Assembly: GCF_964355755.1 (NCBI RefSeq)
Contig: NC_092670.1
Span: 32,786,388-32,850,387 of the forward strand
Length of the DNA stretch: 64,000 bases
DNA from: Antedon mediterranea
Lineage: Eukaryota > Animalia > Echinodermata
Direction of reading: 5' to 3'
In this document: positions 25,801 to 38,165 of the stretch, piece by piece
Layout of the letters: each line of letters opens with the position of its first letter
How positions within the stretch are numbered: the stretch's first letter is position 1
Made by a program: the position numbers and the translations under genes
The notes under the pieces: model-generated
Database searches by the model: none
Seen by the model: the letters and a program-made list of their open reading frames with translations, nothing else
What the model was told of the DNA's origin: nothing

Positions 25801-28458
25801 CACGGATGAGTGATCACGCTGAAAAGCTTATTAGGACTAAGTTAACGTATTTGAAAGACATTGTGAAATGTTGGTAATCATTAACATTAAACTTTTTGAG
25901 ATATTTGTTACACAAAATCTGTACAGAGAGAAATAAATAATAAGAATAAGAATAAAGATTTCATACAATAACAATAGGTGATCATTTTATTCTAAATGAT
26001 CACCTAACTAGAATTTAATTCGTCACTTTGACGAATTATAGGTGATCATTTTTATCATTTTAATGAAATTAACATTTTTAAACATGCATGTACGTTAACA
26101 TACGATCGTAAAAAGTTGATGTACGCCATCCTATGACATGATGCATACGCTTATAGTGCTGAGTTGTGCCTATTATGACATATACAATATGTACAGTATA
26201 TACTGTATATCTATATACAGTGTAGCATAGGTGAAATTACGGGACACACATCAAGTTCTAATTTTTTGGTATGATGGAATTATCAAAATAAACTCGAAGA
26301 TGATAATTTCGAAAGATAATGAATTGAGCAAATAAATATAAGGATTGGAAGAGAATTTGACACGTAGAAGCGCAATGCGCGCTCTTTGAAATTTGTATAA
26401 CTTCAACTAAAGAAATTTAAAAACTACTTTTTAACTTCAACTGGCCATATGATAACATCACAACATCCGATAGGCTTAATTTTTATATGAATTCATATCT
26501 ACATTTCATCAGCTTTCATAATTAATTATAATCTTCAAGGTCACCTTTAATTCTGAGGAGCTATAAGATATTCAAATGTATGGTGTAGCTGAAATTACAC
26601 GACCTAGGTTATTCAAGTTTTTACGCGTGATGACGTCATCAAATAAAAATGTTGACAACTTATGAGAAAGATAATTAATTGAGCAAGCACATACTAAAAT
26701 GTGTGCGAAAATCGGGATCAAATAACGGAGATGCGCTCTATTGAATGTGATAACCCACACAAAAAGATAATAATTACTAATTTTTAAATTCAAGTGGCCA
26801 TTTGATGACGTCATACCATTTTGTACGTCTAATATGTATATATATTTATATCTACAACTTATTGGCTTCCATAATAAGTTAAAAAAATTGGGGGTCACCT
26901 GCCATTCTGAAGAGTTATATTCATTTTAAAAAGGCCTTATTTTTTACCATTTTTAGCACTTTTGTACAATTAATGTGGGGATTTTGTCATTTTTAACGTG
27001 CTCGTATAGCGTTATTTTAAGTCGGAATGGACTCAAAGTCGGAGAATGTACTAAGGATTGTGAGTAGAATATGATGTATACATCAAATTTTATTTTTTAC
27101 CCTTTTTAAAAATCGCGTGCGCAAAAATGTGTTTTTGCGCAGTAATTTTTTTAAACACGCAAATGGCCTATTTCATGCTCTAAATTGATAAAAACTAAAT
27201 GTTGAGCTTTTTAAAATTTCAACGCGCGATTTCACGCGCATGACCTTGAAACGCCCGAGTTTTTATTTGCTAATATTTTTTACCTTGACCTCAAGTTTAC
27301 CTGTAGTGATTTTCATTAATATGTGATAATGAATTATGGAGATATGATTGATAATGTGATTTCACAAAATGGCGTATACGTGACGTCACGGATGAGTGAT
27401 CACGCTGAAAAGCTTATTAGGACTAAGTTAACGTATTTGAAAGACATTGTGAAATTTTGGTAATCATTAACATTAAACTTTTTGAGATATTTGTTACACA
27501 AAATCTGTACAGAGAGAAATAAATAATAAGAAAAAGAAGAATAAAGATTTCATACAATAACAATAGGTGATCATTTTATTCTAAATGATCACCTAATAAT
27601 TCATCAGTTAAATTTGTTGTTCCGTGTGTGCACCCAAGCGTATAGCAACAAGAAGTGATTACACGAACAACTGCGATACGAATCTTTCTACTACACAGTA
27701 GGCCTAGGATTCTAGGTCAATTCACGTGATTGCCTTCGCGCACTATTCTTCACACAAAATGTGTCGAGTCGAGGCTAATCGACAGCTAGGCAAGACATTA
27801 AACTAAGTAGTAATTCATTGGACATAGCCCAAAGAAAGCTTAGACCCACAAGAATAAAGAATGTGTATAATTTGTGTACTGTATTTTTTTAATTCTGCTA
27901 TTTTATTATCAAACAATATGCATGAACTCAAAGGAACTTTAAAAATGCGCGTATATGAACACATGAGATGGGAAGATTAGACCCACGAGAATAAAAAATG
28001 TATTTTTGTGTAATGTTTAATGTTTAATTTTGCTGACTTATTACTCGGATTGTGTCATACCTAACACACACACGTCACACACACACACACACCGTACCCA
28101 CACAGCTACTACTAGAATAGACATTGGTTTAGAGACTAATAATTAGGCCTATAGTATATTAATAGAAACTATAATTTTAACACGTAATTCTTTAGTAATA
28201 AATTATATTAAAAACACCATAAACAAAGGCTGATTATTTCGACAATCCACACAAAACGCCGCTATTCTTCTATGAAATCGCACGCCGCAACAACAGCGGA
28301 GATAGGCCTAGACAAGTACCGCACTTGTGTAATCACTTCTTGTTGCTATACGCATGGGTGCACACGGAACAAGAAAATTTAACTGATGAATTATTCATGT
28401 TTATTTTGTGACGTTTCATGAGGGGGTCCCCAACTTATGTACGAAAAAAAAAAACCGC
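22807..28458. mobile_element. Non-autonomous TIR transposon (~0.92 kb excluding insertion), 9-bp TSD GGGCGGGCG, same family as 1-3810
   Basis: Left TIR GCGATTTTTTTTTTGTACATAAGTTGGGGACCCC... is split at 22869/27597; right TIR ends ...AAAACCGC at 28458. GGGCGGGCG at 22798-22806 and 28459-28467. Confidence 0.85.
22870..27596 (-). mobile_element. Three head-to-tail ~1.57-kb non-autonomous Helentron/Helitron-type units (22870-24427, 24428-26007, 26008-27596)
   Basis: On the minus strand each unit ends with subTIR AAATGATCACCTA, hairpin TAATTCGTCA-AAG-TGACGAATTA and terminal CTAG. Units 2 and 3 start with hairpin AGGTGATCATTT..AAATGATCACCT. Inserted at TT; removing the array restores AAACATGAATAATTCATCAG as seen in the other TIRs. 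Confidence 0.85.
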
Positions 28459-29108
28459 GGGCGGGCGGTATGTAAATATGGATTTCGAATCAACAAATGA
28501 TCATTTTGTTTTAAAATGAAAAAGATCGAGTACGTACAGTGCTGAATGTACGATCGAGACTGTTGAAATATAAAATCGTGTTGCCAAGTTGTTTTGTTTA
28601 CCTCCTTTGTAGGTCCTACTCAACTCGCACGTATGACCTGCCAAATAAAACGCCAATAAGGTAGTCCTACATACCACCACCACCGGCACACAACAGGATT
28701 CACACACAACAGGGCTACACCACTACACAGAACAGGACAGGGTGGGAATTAAATCAAATTATCTCCGCCTAATAAATGATCCATTCAATGTTTGATTTGC
28801 GGAGAAGCTAGCCTATCATATCAAGACGAGTTTTCATGTTCTTGGGAAAAATCCCATCAATGTTTATTACCAGACTACTAGGCATATAAAATCATTTCTA
28901 ACCTTCAATGTACCCAAGTACACATTGTCTAAACGTAACATAGCGCATGCGCACCATCTTAGTTGTTGAGTCTTTGAAATTCTGAAATATGAATATTAAA
29001 ATGGCTGTACGAGTGAGTAGCCAATCGCATGCAGCTGAAACTAGTCAACCGGATAATCTATGCACCAAGAATTCTTGGTGTCAAACCACGTGACTTTTGC
29101 GCGTTTCC

Positions 29109-29204
29109 CCAGACGGAGTTGCCAAACTAAAGTAATACACGTATGACACGCCAAATGTGCAAAAATATTTATATTTTTACTAATATTAAGACAAAACTCC
29201 GTCT
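29109..29204. repeat. Short inverted repeat / possible MITE
   Basis: CCAGACGGAGTT ... AACTCCGTCTGG, about 70-bp spacer. Confidence 0.45.
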
Positions 29205-30373
29205 GGAGCCCAGACTACGTAATGGCTAGCGCGTAGGAGAAATACAGTACTGTAATTGGCTTATCCTTAAATGACCTTTGACCTGTTTACTTTCTACGCG
29301 GAGAGGAGAGTGTAAACAATTCAGATTAAGGATAATTGATGGATCTAGCCTAGGCCTAGGCCAAATACAACGACAAAAAAAAACACACCAATATGAGAGT
29401 GGCAAAGAACCTATGATATTAAATTATTACAGCCAGTCTAGTGACTAGCCTAAGCCTACTAAGTAGCTAATTGGACTCCAGGCTGAGTCCTTCTACCTAT
29501 CCTAGCCTAGCTAGGGTAGGCCTAGGGTTAGCAGGTATAGACTAAACTACACTAGCTAGGCCTAGGCTAGCTAGGTAGGTAAGTAGGGCAAATAGGCCTA
29601 GCTTAGGATAGGTAGGCTAGGCATATGTGGCACTCCGACAGGCCTAGTCTGGGGGTCACTGTCTGCTTACATACCACATAAGCTTACCATATTTATAGTT
29701 TTTACATAAGTATTGTGTTAATTCATGTTATTGTAGGCTATTATTATGCACTTACACCTACATAATTTCAAAAACATTACACAATTTTAAGTAAATGCTT
29801 AAAACAGACTTAATAAATTAGTAGTGCTTAACATATCCATTATTTAATATTGATTAAAGCAATGCCATAATGTTATTTAAGTTATATTATTTTGTTATCT
29901 AATCAGCAGGCACTACACAAGTAAAATTTAAATTATTTAAGTACACTTTTAAGAACGTACTTAAATCCAGTAGTTCAAGAAATGGTATTTAATGGTATAT
30001 AAACTTAATTAATTGTATACATTTAAAGATGTATTGTCCCTTGAAACACAAGAAAATGAAGGTCAAAATATACTAAATTTTAATTGGCCATATCAAAGAA
30101 ATATTAAAGTTATTCACTTTAAGTCGAAAATTCAAGACAAAAACAACAATTTTACGTAATTAATAACTAAATTAATTTGATTACATTTCGTCTGGAAAAC
30201 AAAGTAAAACTTCAAACCATGAGTATACATGCATGATGCTAATTAGGATTGTTTACAACTTGTCACGGTTGAGAAGGTGTTTTCAGACAGATCGCGAGAA
30301 AGTTTATGATTATGCATACAGAGCAGCCAAATATGCGCATTGCATTATGAGGTATTTTTGTGGATTTTTACTT

Positions 30374-31214
30374 TTATGTTAAACCAAAACAAATTACCTT
30401 CGTGACGTTTCGCCGACAATCTGTCAGCTGCTTCAGACTAATGCCTGGGTTGGAATGGTCTGGTTTTTTGTAAGTGACGCTGAACAGCGCCACCAGCCGT
30501 CTGGTTGGTATTGACGGTAGAGCGTCTCCGCTGGCCCCCCCTCCTGCTTCAACTTTTTCCAGCAAACTATCATATGTATGTGGGAGGTCATACCCACCAA
30601 TGTCTCTGTTGATATTATGTGGTCTTTTTCTTATGCAGATAGATTCTTTTATCTTTCTTTTGTCTGTCTGTGCTTCTTTTTCAATAACTCTCGCATTCCA
30701 ATTTGGAATATGGTCATTCCCTATAGCGTGGTCAGTTATGGCTGACTTATGTAAAACCTTGGACGAAGAATTTCTATTTGCACGTGTTCTAACTACTTGT
30801 TTGTGTGTTGATACGTCTTTTTTATGTTCCCCAATTCTTGTATTCAGTGCCCTTCCGGTCTTTCCTATATATACTTTCTCACAGTTTAGACAGTTCACTT
30901 CGTATATAACCCCGCACATGTCTTCCGTTTTTATTATATCTTTTGGGTGGACCAGTCCATTCTTTAATTTATTACTTGGAATGAAGAAAGTGTTCACTTT
31001 GTGCTTAGCAAAAGTGCGTCGAATCTTTTCAGAAATTCCGTGTATGTATGGGATACCTATGTGAGCTTTCATCTTCTCCATTTCCTTTCTTTGGCGTTCT
31101 TCTGGTTTGTTTTTTTGACTTTTGTTCTTTTCTCTTGTTTACGACTCTGTCTACTGACAATTTTGGATAGTTACAAATTTTCAATGCTTTTCTAATGTGT
31201 TCCAACTCATGTTG
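30374..31214 (-). pseudogene. Penelope RT C-terminus plus GIY-YIG endonuclease fragment (frameshift ~31080)
   Basis: ELEHIRKALKICNYP, IPYIHGISEKIRR, GVIYEVNCLNCEKVYIGKTGRALNTRIGEH, SAITDH, RKIKESICI, INRDIG. Confidence 0.9.
30399..30441 (-). ncRNA. Minimal hammerhead ribozyme-like motif in pLTR (variant core CTGAAGC)
   Basis: Minus strand: TTAGT-CTGAAGC-A-GCTGAC agatt GTCGGC-GAAACGTC-ACGAA; palindromic ACGT stem III. Confidence 0.65.
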
Positions 31215-31300
31215 AGACGCTCTACCGTCAATACCAACCAGACGGCTGGTGGCGCTGTTCAGCGTCACTTACAAAAAACCAGACCATTCCAACCCAGGCA

Positions 31301-31343
31301 TTAGTCTGAAGCAACTGACAGATTGTCGGCGAAACGTCACGAA
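31301..31343 (+). ncRNA. Second hammerhead-like motif in the inverted pLTR
   Basis: TTAGTCTGAAGCAACTGACAGATTGTCGGCGAAACGTCACGAA. Confidence 0.6.
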
Positions 31344-32571
31344 GGTAATTTTATTCCTTTTCGTTGTTTTGGTTTAACATAAAAGTAAAAATCCACAAAA
31401 ATATTATTTGGAACCAGATGAATTTATTCAATGTAATTATGAGGTATGTTTTGATCGAAAACTTTGACTGGAAGTCAAAGTTATTTTTTGAACCAAAAAA
31501 CGTCTGTATTTCAGTTAAATGATTTTTTTTTCGACTATTTTTTGGTGAAAGTTAATAACTATTATGATACTTCAAAATGATCCACCTTTTTTCGAAATCT
31601 TTTTATTTTTATTTTTTTTGGAATTTGACAAAAGGAATACAGTTTTTAGTGTAAAAACATTAATTTACCACCTTTTTTACCATTTTAAGTAAGTGCTTAA
31701 AATAAATATAAGTATGTACTTAACATAGCATGTGGAAATATTTTTGGTATGCATTGTCACAGTAATCAATATCCTACGAAAAAACATTTCATTGTATCAT
31801 ATTTTGTGAATGTGTGATACTTAGAAAGTATACACTATTAGATTAACAATCATTAATTTGTGTTGTTTTTAAAATAACATTGACATTCAATCATGATTTT
31901 CTCAAAACTGTTATTTGTATATTTCTTTATACATGCTTCGACTTAACGTACAATATCTCAAGATCCCCTTCATGTTAAATATTAAGTTTGGTATCATTGT
32001 AAAGGATATTACATTTCCTACCAGATAGAATACAAATCTGAAAAAATTAAATTTTCGACTTATGTTATCACTTTGCCAGAGCAGGTCACCCATAGCTAAT
32101 GTCACAGGTGTGATATACCAAATAAATAAACAGTATTCAAACAATCAAGTCAAGTGCCTTTATTTGTATCCTCACATTCATATATTATACAAACGTTGTA
32201 GTCAAGTGTATTCTCACATTCATATATAACAAACGTTGTGTGCAGTAGGCGGCTAACTAGCATGTATCGCATCTATAACCAACGCTATTGTCCCCGTGTC
32301 ACTGTATATCCCGTTAGTATAAAGAACTGGCCAGCTGTAGACCAATATGCAAATAAAGCAACTCCAGACCAAGTAGGCTATTTACATAAATAACTACGTA
32401 AACACTACAACAGGTTCATCCCAACTAGAAAGTTTGGAAATGCAATGTGATTGTTAATGTTGATTTAATTCCCAGTTTATTTCAATCTCGGTTTATTTTC
32501 ATTCCTGATTATACTATGTTTTAATAAAACGATAATGTCTTATTAGATATTGTTTGTCCTTTTTATTACAG

Positions 32572-33213
32572 GCATTTCTTATTGAAATTCATTTTAGTTT
32601 GACGTCATATGCAATAGCAAGTGACATAACATGCCCCAGTGATCAAACTATGGTAAATGTATCGGGTAAAGAACGTTGTGTTAAAATAATTGATAAAAGC
32701 AGTGCTTGTCTTTATAAAAAAAGGAATTCTTTAACAGAAGAAATTCAAGAAAATGGTACGGAAGCGATAAAAATAACTAATACCGACACATTTACAAGTA
32801 AATCATCTGATATCGAAGAAAGTCAGCTTGTATCTGTTACTAACAAGAACAATTATATAACAACACATGATAGCACAGCTGATACAACTTTTATGGAAAC
32901 TCCTATGCTCGATAATTTGGAAAGTACAGTCAATAAAGAAGAAAGGTCAACTGTGAGAGAAGTTGCCAAAACAAGTGCAAAGAAGACGACTTCTGAAATT
33001 AAAACTACTGAAATTAAAACTACATCATTTCAGAACAAGGAAACCAAGACTGTTGGTAAAGCTATCACATCAATTGCAAAAAGAATAACTTCCAACAGTA
33101 ACACTATCGGAACTACATTGTCTGATATTGAGAAATGGTCGACTACTACATCTGAAAACATGCACATAACCATAACTGCCGGAGATACTTTTGCATCAAC
33201 TGCGAAGAATTGA
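32572..33213 (+). CDS. Exon of a divergent paralog: 3-Cys N-terminal motif plus Thr/Ser-rich stalk, no LamG seen (possibly truncated/pseudogene)
   Basis: Phase-0 acceptor ttttattacag|GCA. CPSDQTMVNVSGKERCVKIIDKSSACLY aligns with CPVNQTLVKASDGHRCVTLLVKNKCFRY. A 126-bp internal repeat continues past the stop in another frame. Confidence 0.55.
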   Translation, partial: AFLIEIHFSLTSYAIASDITCPSDQTMVNVSGKERCVKIIDKSSACLYKKRNSLTEEIQENGTEAIKITNTDTFTSKSSDIEESQLVSVTNKNNYITTHDSTADTTFMETPMLDNLESTVNKEERSTVREVAKTSAKKTTSEIKTTEIKTTSFQNKETKTVGKAITSIAKRITSNSNTIGTTLSDIEKWSTTTSENMHITITAGDTFASTAKN

Positions 33214-35777
33214 ACTTCCAACAGTAACAGTATCGGAACTACATTATCTGATATCGAGGAAAGTTTGACTACTAGGCCTATATCTGAAAACAGACACATC
33301 ACCACAACTATCGAAGAAGTATAGTCACAACAATTACAAGGAGACCAACTTCCAACACTAAATATGACAACAAAATATAAAACAGACATTACCCTACATA
33401 CTCTAATATCTATTTGTAAAGATTTGATCAAGAAAAATACTTGTTATTAACCCCTACCCCAAAATGTACGGAAAATAATGAAACTGATTGTTTTGTTAAG
33501 TTGTGTACACATTTATAGCTATATACAAGTACCTAAACATGGTTATATGAAACAGAATGTATATACCTATCATATATGAATCATTTTAGCCAATTTTGTA
33601 GACAAAAATGATGGCATATTTAAAAGATATATTGACATGTTTGTAGATACCAGAATTTTTTTTTTATTTTCCAAGAAGATGTGACCTTTTTTTCGATCTT
33701 TTGTAATGTCATTAATTATTTAATTACCACATATTTTATATCGTCTTGTAGAGCAGACAATACTTTATATATTGATGCCAAGAATGAATGATTTGTTCAA
33801 GGAAACTGTACTTATGGCTATTTATATTACCCCCTACCCCAACATTGGTAAAAAATCCGAAATTGAATCGTTTTTTAAAAATCCGTTAAAACCCCATCTC
33901 TGGAAGGAGGATATTTGATGTTAACATCTATTTTTTAGTTCACCGGATATATAGGTACATAAAAATACAAAACATGTAGGGGGTGGTGCAGGGGGACCTC
34001 TCCCAGCCCATGGACTATATTAAGTTTATTGTAACAGTTGGTGTGTATACAAACAAAATAACAAAATTATTGTTTTTTATTCATTGTTTATAGTTGTGGT
34101 GGCGCTGTGCATTCCTTATGCGTGATGATGATTTATAAAATGATGAAGCCATGCATTACAGTATAAATTACGTTTTCTCCTCTTGTAATAAGTAATCGTA
34201 GTATTTAAAAAAAATTAACGTGTTGTACGTGTTAATCAATTTGCTAAATAAAAGGATAGGCCTGCATGTTTTATACACAATAGTGTTAAGATTATCTTTG
34301 ACACTTTTGAACTCTAGATGGCAGTATAATCAAAGAAAATCGATACTTTTAGACTGCAGAATCACTACCAGATATATTAATGAAAATAATTAATACATCA
34401 AATTGTTAGAGAATTTTATTGGATAATAAGTATACATATTAGATATCAGGAAAAATTGTTTACGAGATTTGAATAAATATTAAAATTAAGCCTATGATTT
34501 TAACGAAAGAGATTTTATTGTAAAAAAACCTATAAGACCGCCAGAAAATAATTAACATAAGGCCTAAATACAATTTTGAAAAGGACAACTTTGTGATCGT
34601 CTGCTGCTTTTAGATCTAGACTATGTCGACTGCTACCCTACAATATCACTTCATTTTATGATAAGGATAAGCGCATGCGCTAGGCGACTGGCATGTCGAC
34701 TGGTAAATGTGAGCACTTTGCGTCTTATCCCCGGTCTTATCAGTAGGATCAAGTCTAGGCCTAAGCTACACACTTAGCCTGACCTAAAGCCCGTGTAGGT
34801 CTGCTTTAACCGGCCCAGCGCGATGGAATAGCTCTGCGGAAGAGCGTTATTTGAGATCAACGTAAATGCCTACTTAATATAAACATTCATAATATCTGTC
34901 GACGAGTCGATTACGACCCATGTGGACCTAAACGTCGGGCACGTTCACAAAAATCTAAAACAGGGTAACAATGTATTTTAAGAGGAACGTGGTTTTTAAT
35001 GTTCAAAGGTTGGCCTAAATTGCATTGATATAATACGCGATTGATGGGATCATGAACAGGTCATTGGGTTCTACATAATAAAAAATCCCACACATCGAAT
35101 TTTGAATACTGGAATGTACCGATCGACATTTCTAGCAAATTATAATTTCTAATAGGAAAAGGAGAGGGTTACTTCTCATATAGCAGTGCGACGGTGCTGC
35201 TGCATCTGCTATGATAAGCGGCGCAGGTGATAAACGCCTTTCACACGCAATGCGCTTGGTAACATTTAAATTATTAAATGCTTTGTTTAGCAGCATTGTA
35301 AGCATAGAATGTTTCCTAATCTACTGCAAACACATAGGCCTACTGCGAATATTGATTAGTTTGTTGGTAATGGAATAAGTAATTAAGTCGGATAAAAGTC
35401 AATGAGGTAGGCTCGAGACAACCTTGTATAGGCATTTGAAATGAATTATACAGTACTAATTTAACAATGAATAATCTCTCCCACGACTAAGACTTGTCAA
35501 TATTGAAGTACGAAAAGTCAAAGGTCACCTAGAATCTTGACGTTTCTGAGAAAGAATAATAATAACTTATTTCTGCATGGAATAATTGATTCTAATAAGG
35601 ACCCCGTGAGTGGTTCCACAAACATTACATACTTATAATAATACTTATAATAATTATTGTCAATTACGATCGTTGCACTGCAAAGAGTTTAGGCCTATTG
35701 GTTTAAAATTACCATTTTGAGTGTATGTTGCCATGTTGATTTAAAACCGGGCCTAATTATGTTTATCCATCAACTTT

Positions 35778-35843
35778 AAAATATTTTTTAAATCAGATTT
35801 TCGTTTTTCATGAAAAACGAAAATCTGATTTCAAAAATATTTT
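35778..35843. repeat. 66-bp spacerless palindrome (one mismatch)
   Basis: Centre 35810/35811: ...AAATCAGATTTTCGTTTTTCA|TGAAAAACGAAAATCTGATTT... Confidence 0.9.
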
Positions 35844-36994
35844 GGGAAGGAGATGATTTTTTTCAATTTTAACTTTAAAATAATTATAAAGCTTCTTTTG
35901 TTTTTACATTTCAAATGCAAGGTTAGAAATCGAACAGAATACGACTCTTTCAAGAGTAAACAAGTTATTATAACTTTTTTACTCCTATGTCCTACCCCCC
36001 CCCCCCCACACACCCCAAGCAAACCAAGAATTATTAATTTTATACATAACATTGCATCATGTAAAGGCTTACTGTTAGTACTGCATGGTAATTATACAAG
36101 AGGTTGATCCAGGGTTTCGAGGGTCGAAACATTTAAAAAGTACAGAACTTACTGTATCTTGTGCATTGCAATTTTATAAATGTGTAGGGTGGCTATACCA
36201 TCCCACTCTGTTCCTGTCTATATAGTTTGATCATTGATATGTACAGCACTAGGTAGATCATCCATGGCATACATATTATTCGTATTCGTGTAAAAAGAAC
36301 TGTATTTGATATGTATACGTTAATGACGTTACAGATCAATAATTACCGCCTACTAATAGCGATATGCATATTGCAGTATCAATGTGAATGAGTATTTATT
36401 TCACCATCAAGATTTTCTATTGTATTTAAAGCCTTAATTAGTACACTAACGACATTAGTGAAATATAATGACAACATTAATAGCGTTGCTGCAGTGTGTT
36501 ATTTATAATAATCAAACCGAGTATGTATTAATTTCGACAAAACTTGTTACCGGTACTACACTGTACTGTACTGTACAATTAACATTAAGGAATTGTGATA
36601 GGTAATGTCAATGTTAGTGTATACATACATATAAATTTAAGGGCATTGTATCCCATAGGAGGTAAGAATTATATTGTATTATTAAATTAGTATGCTATAT
36701 AAAGTTATTATGACTCGTATTTTAGAAAATGGGATCAGTATGGTTGAATTAATAATTAATGAACACGAACAAAATCAAAGAACATTAGAATTACAATTAT
36801 TTTCTTTTAATTTAGTTGCATATTCTTAGGACGGACTAACTGGTACTACGCTTATTTCCTCTTTATATACGAGTTTGCACTTTATGATTTATGAGGGATC
36901 ATGTCAAATATTATGTTGTTTAGGAGCCTATACACTCTTTAACTTTAAATATGCAGCAAGCCCTTTTTTAAATAATGATACACACTGTTTATGA

Positions 36995-37115
36995 AGCTGT
37001 TTCTACACTGACAAAAAAATGTGATATGCCTGTATATGGGTACGATGACGTCATATCACTACAATATTTGGACACTGTTTTGTCAAACTATAAGTTTTAT
37101 AGTGTAGATAGAACT
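36995..37115. mobile_element. Degenerate MITE, same family as 47210-47347
   Basis: Shared core GTGATATGCC..GATGACGTCATATCACTAC..TTTTGTCAAAC..ATAGTGTA. Confidence 0.6.
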
Positions 37116-38165
37116 TTACAGTGACACATAAACTTTTACATTGAACAATTTAAAATATTACGGATATTACAATCAAATAATGTTTAGTGTAGTATAATAA
37201 TTTGAAAAGGTTCCATTTACACTACAAATAATAATAGTTGTGATTCGTAAATAGCTGTATTACATCGTCTTTCCGTAATCAGTCCGGCTTGCTTATGCAT
37301 ATGTACCGACAATAGGCGTACTTAATGCATTAAATAATATAGTGACCTAATTATATAATATTCTTAACAAAATATTAAAATTACATTATTCTACGAATGC
37401 ATCATAAACGGTATTTAATACCGGTTACGTCAATCCCGAAGACGATGAAATAAACTGGCAGATATCCAACTTCCTATTCTACAAGTTAGTGACAAACAAA
37501 TAATAGTACATATTTTTTTCTTCACTTATAAAATCAGTGATACGTAGGCTTACATGCGACGTGCATAGTACGTGTGTTAAAATATACAGTATACGAGTTT
37601 AATTTGTGTCCTGGAATTTTTATTTTACATTTTACCGAGTAGAAAATAATAAAATTACAGGTTTCATGCATCAGAACACATGCCTGAAACATGTTTGGTG
37701 TTGTATGCGAAATTATTTATAGCACATTGTGTTATTTACCTAATTCTATAATAAAATCCTCAATAGGCTTAATATTGAAATAACAATAGTAGTTCTTAGT
37801 ACTCAAATATTGAATGCATGTATTTCTGTAAAGCTAACAGCGTATCCGAGTGTTCTGATTTAAAATCCGTTTCCTTGGTTACGGTAAACAATTTTGAGCA
37901 TGCTTATTGTGATACTGTGGTTTCTCCATGTATGGCAATACAACGTTTGTATTATATGTATATCTAGGCATATGCATGTTTAAACTACCGTAGGCTACTA
38001 CTACTATAATTAAACTTGAGTATGAACGGAATATCTTAACCACACACAACGGATCCGAAAGTAATACAAAGTTCGTTTCCTTGACTACCGTATACATTTC
38101 CGGGTATTTTTTATTGTCGTCGTTCCACGCTGCGGGAGATCAAACAGGCACACACAATATTAAAA

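Larger units (their letters stand above)
30356..31435 (-). mobile_element. 5'-truncated Penelope-like retroelement with inverted pLTR, 12-bp TSD
   Basis: pLTR at 30356-30527 and an inverted copy at 31215-31402; ATTATGAGGTAT at 30344-30355 and 31436-31447; encodes RT C-terminus and GIY-YIG. Confidence 0.9.

Noticed and set aside
23541-26898. Three similar MTPNF... ORFs as a gene family
   Set aside because: Non-ATG starts, short, no domain; they simply reflect the triplicated Helentron-type unit.
30474-31064. 196-aa plus-strand ORF
   Set aside because: Antisense shadow of the Penelope GIY-YIG ORF.
30022-31650. TTAAAG-ended host transposon around the Penelope insertion
   Set aside because: Only a loose match (GATGTATTGTCC / GGAATACAG); the right end and TSD could not be defined.
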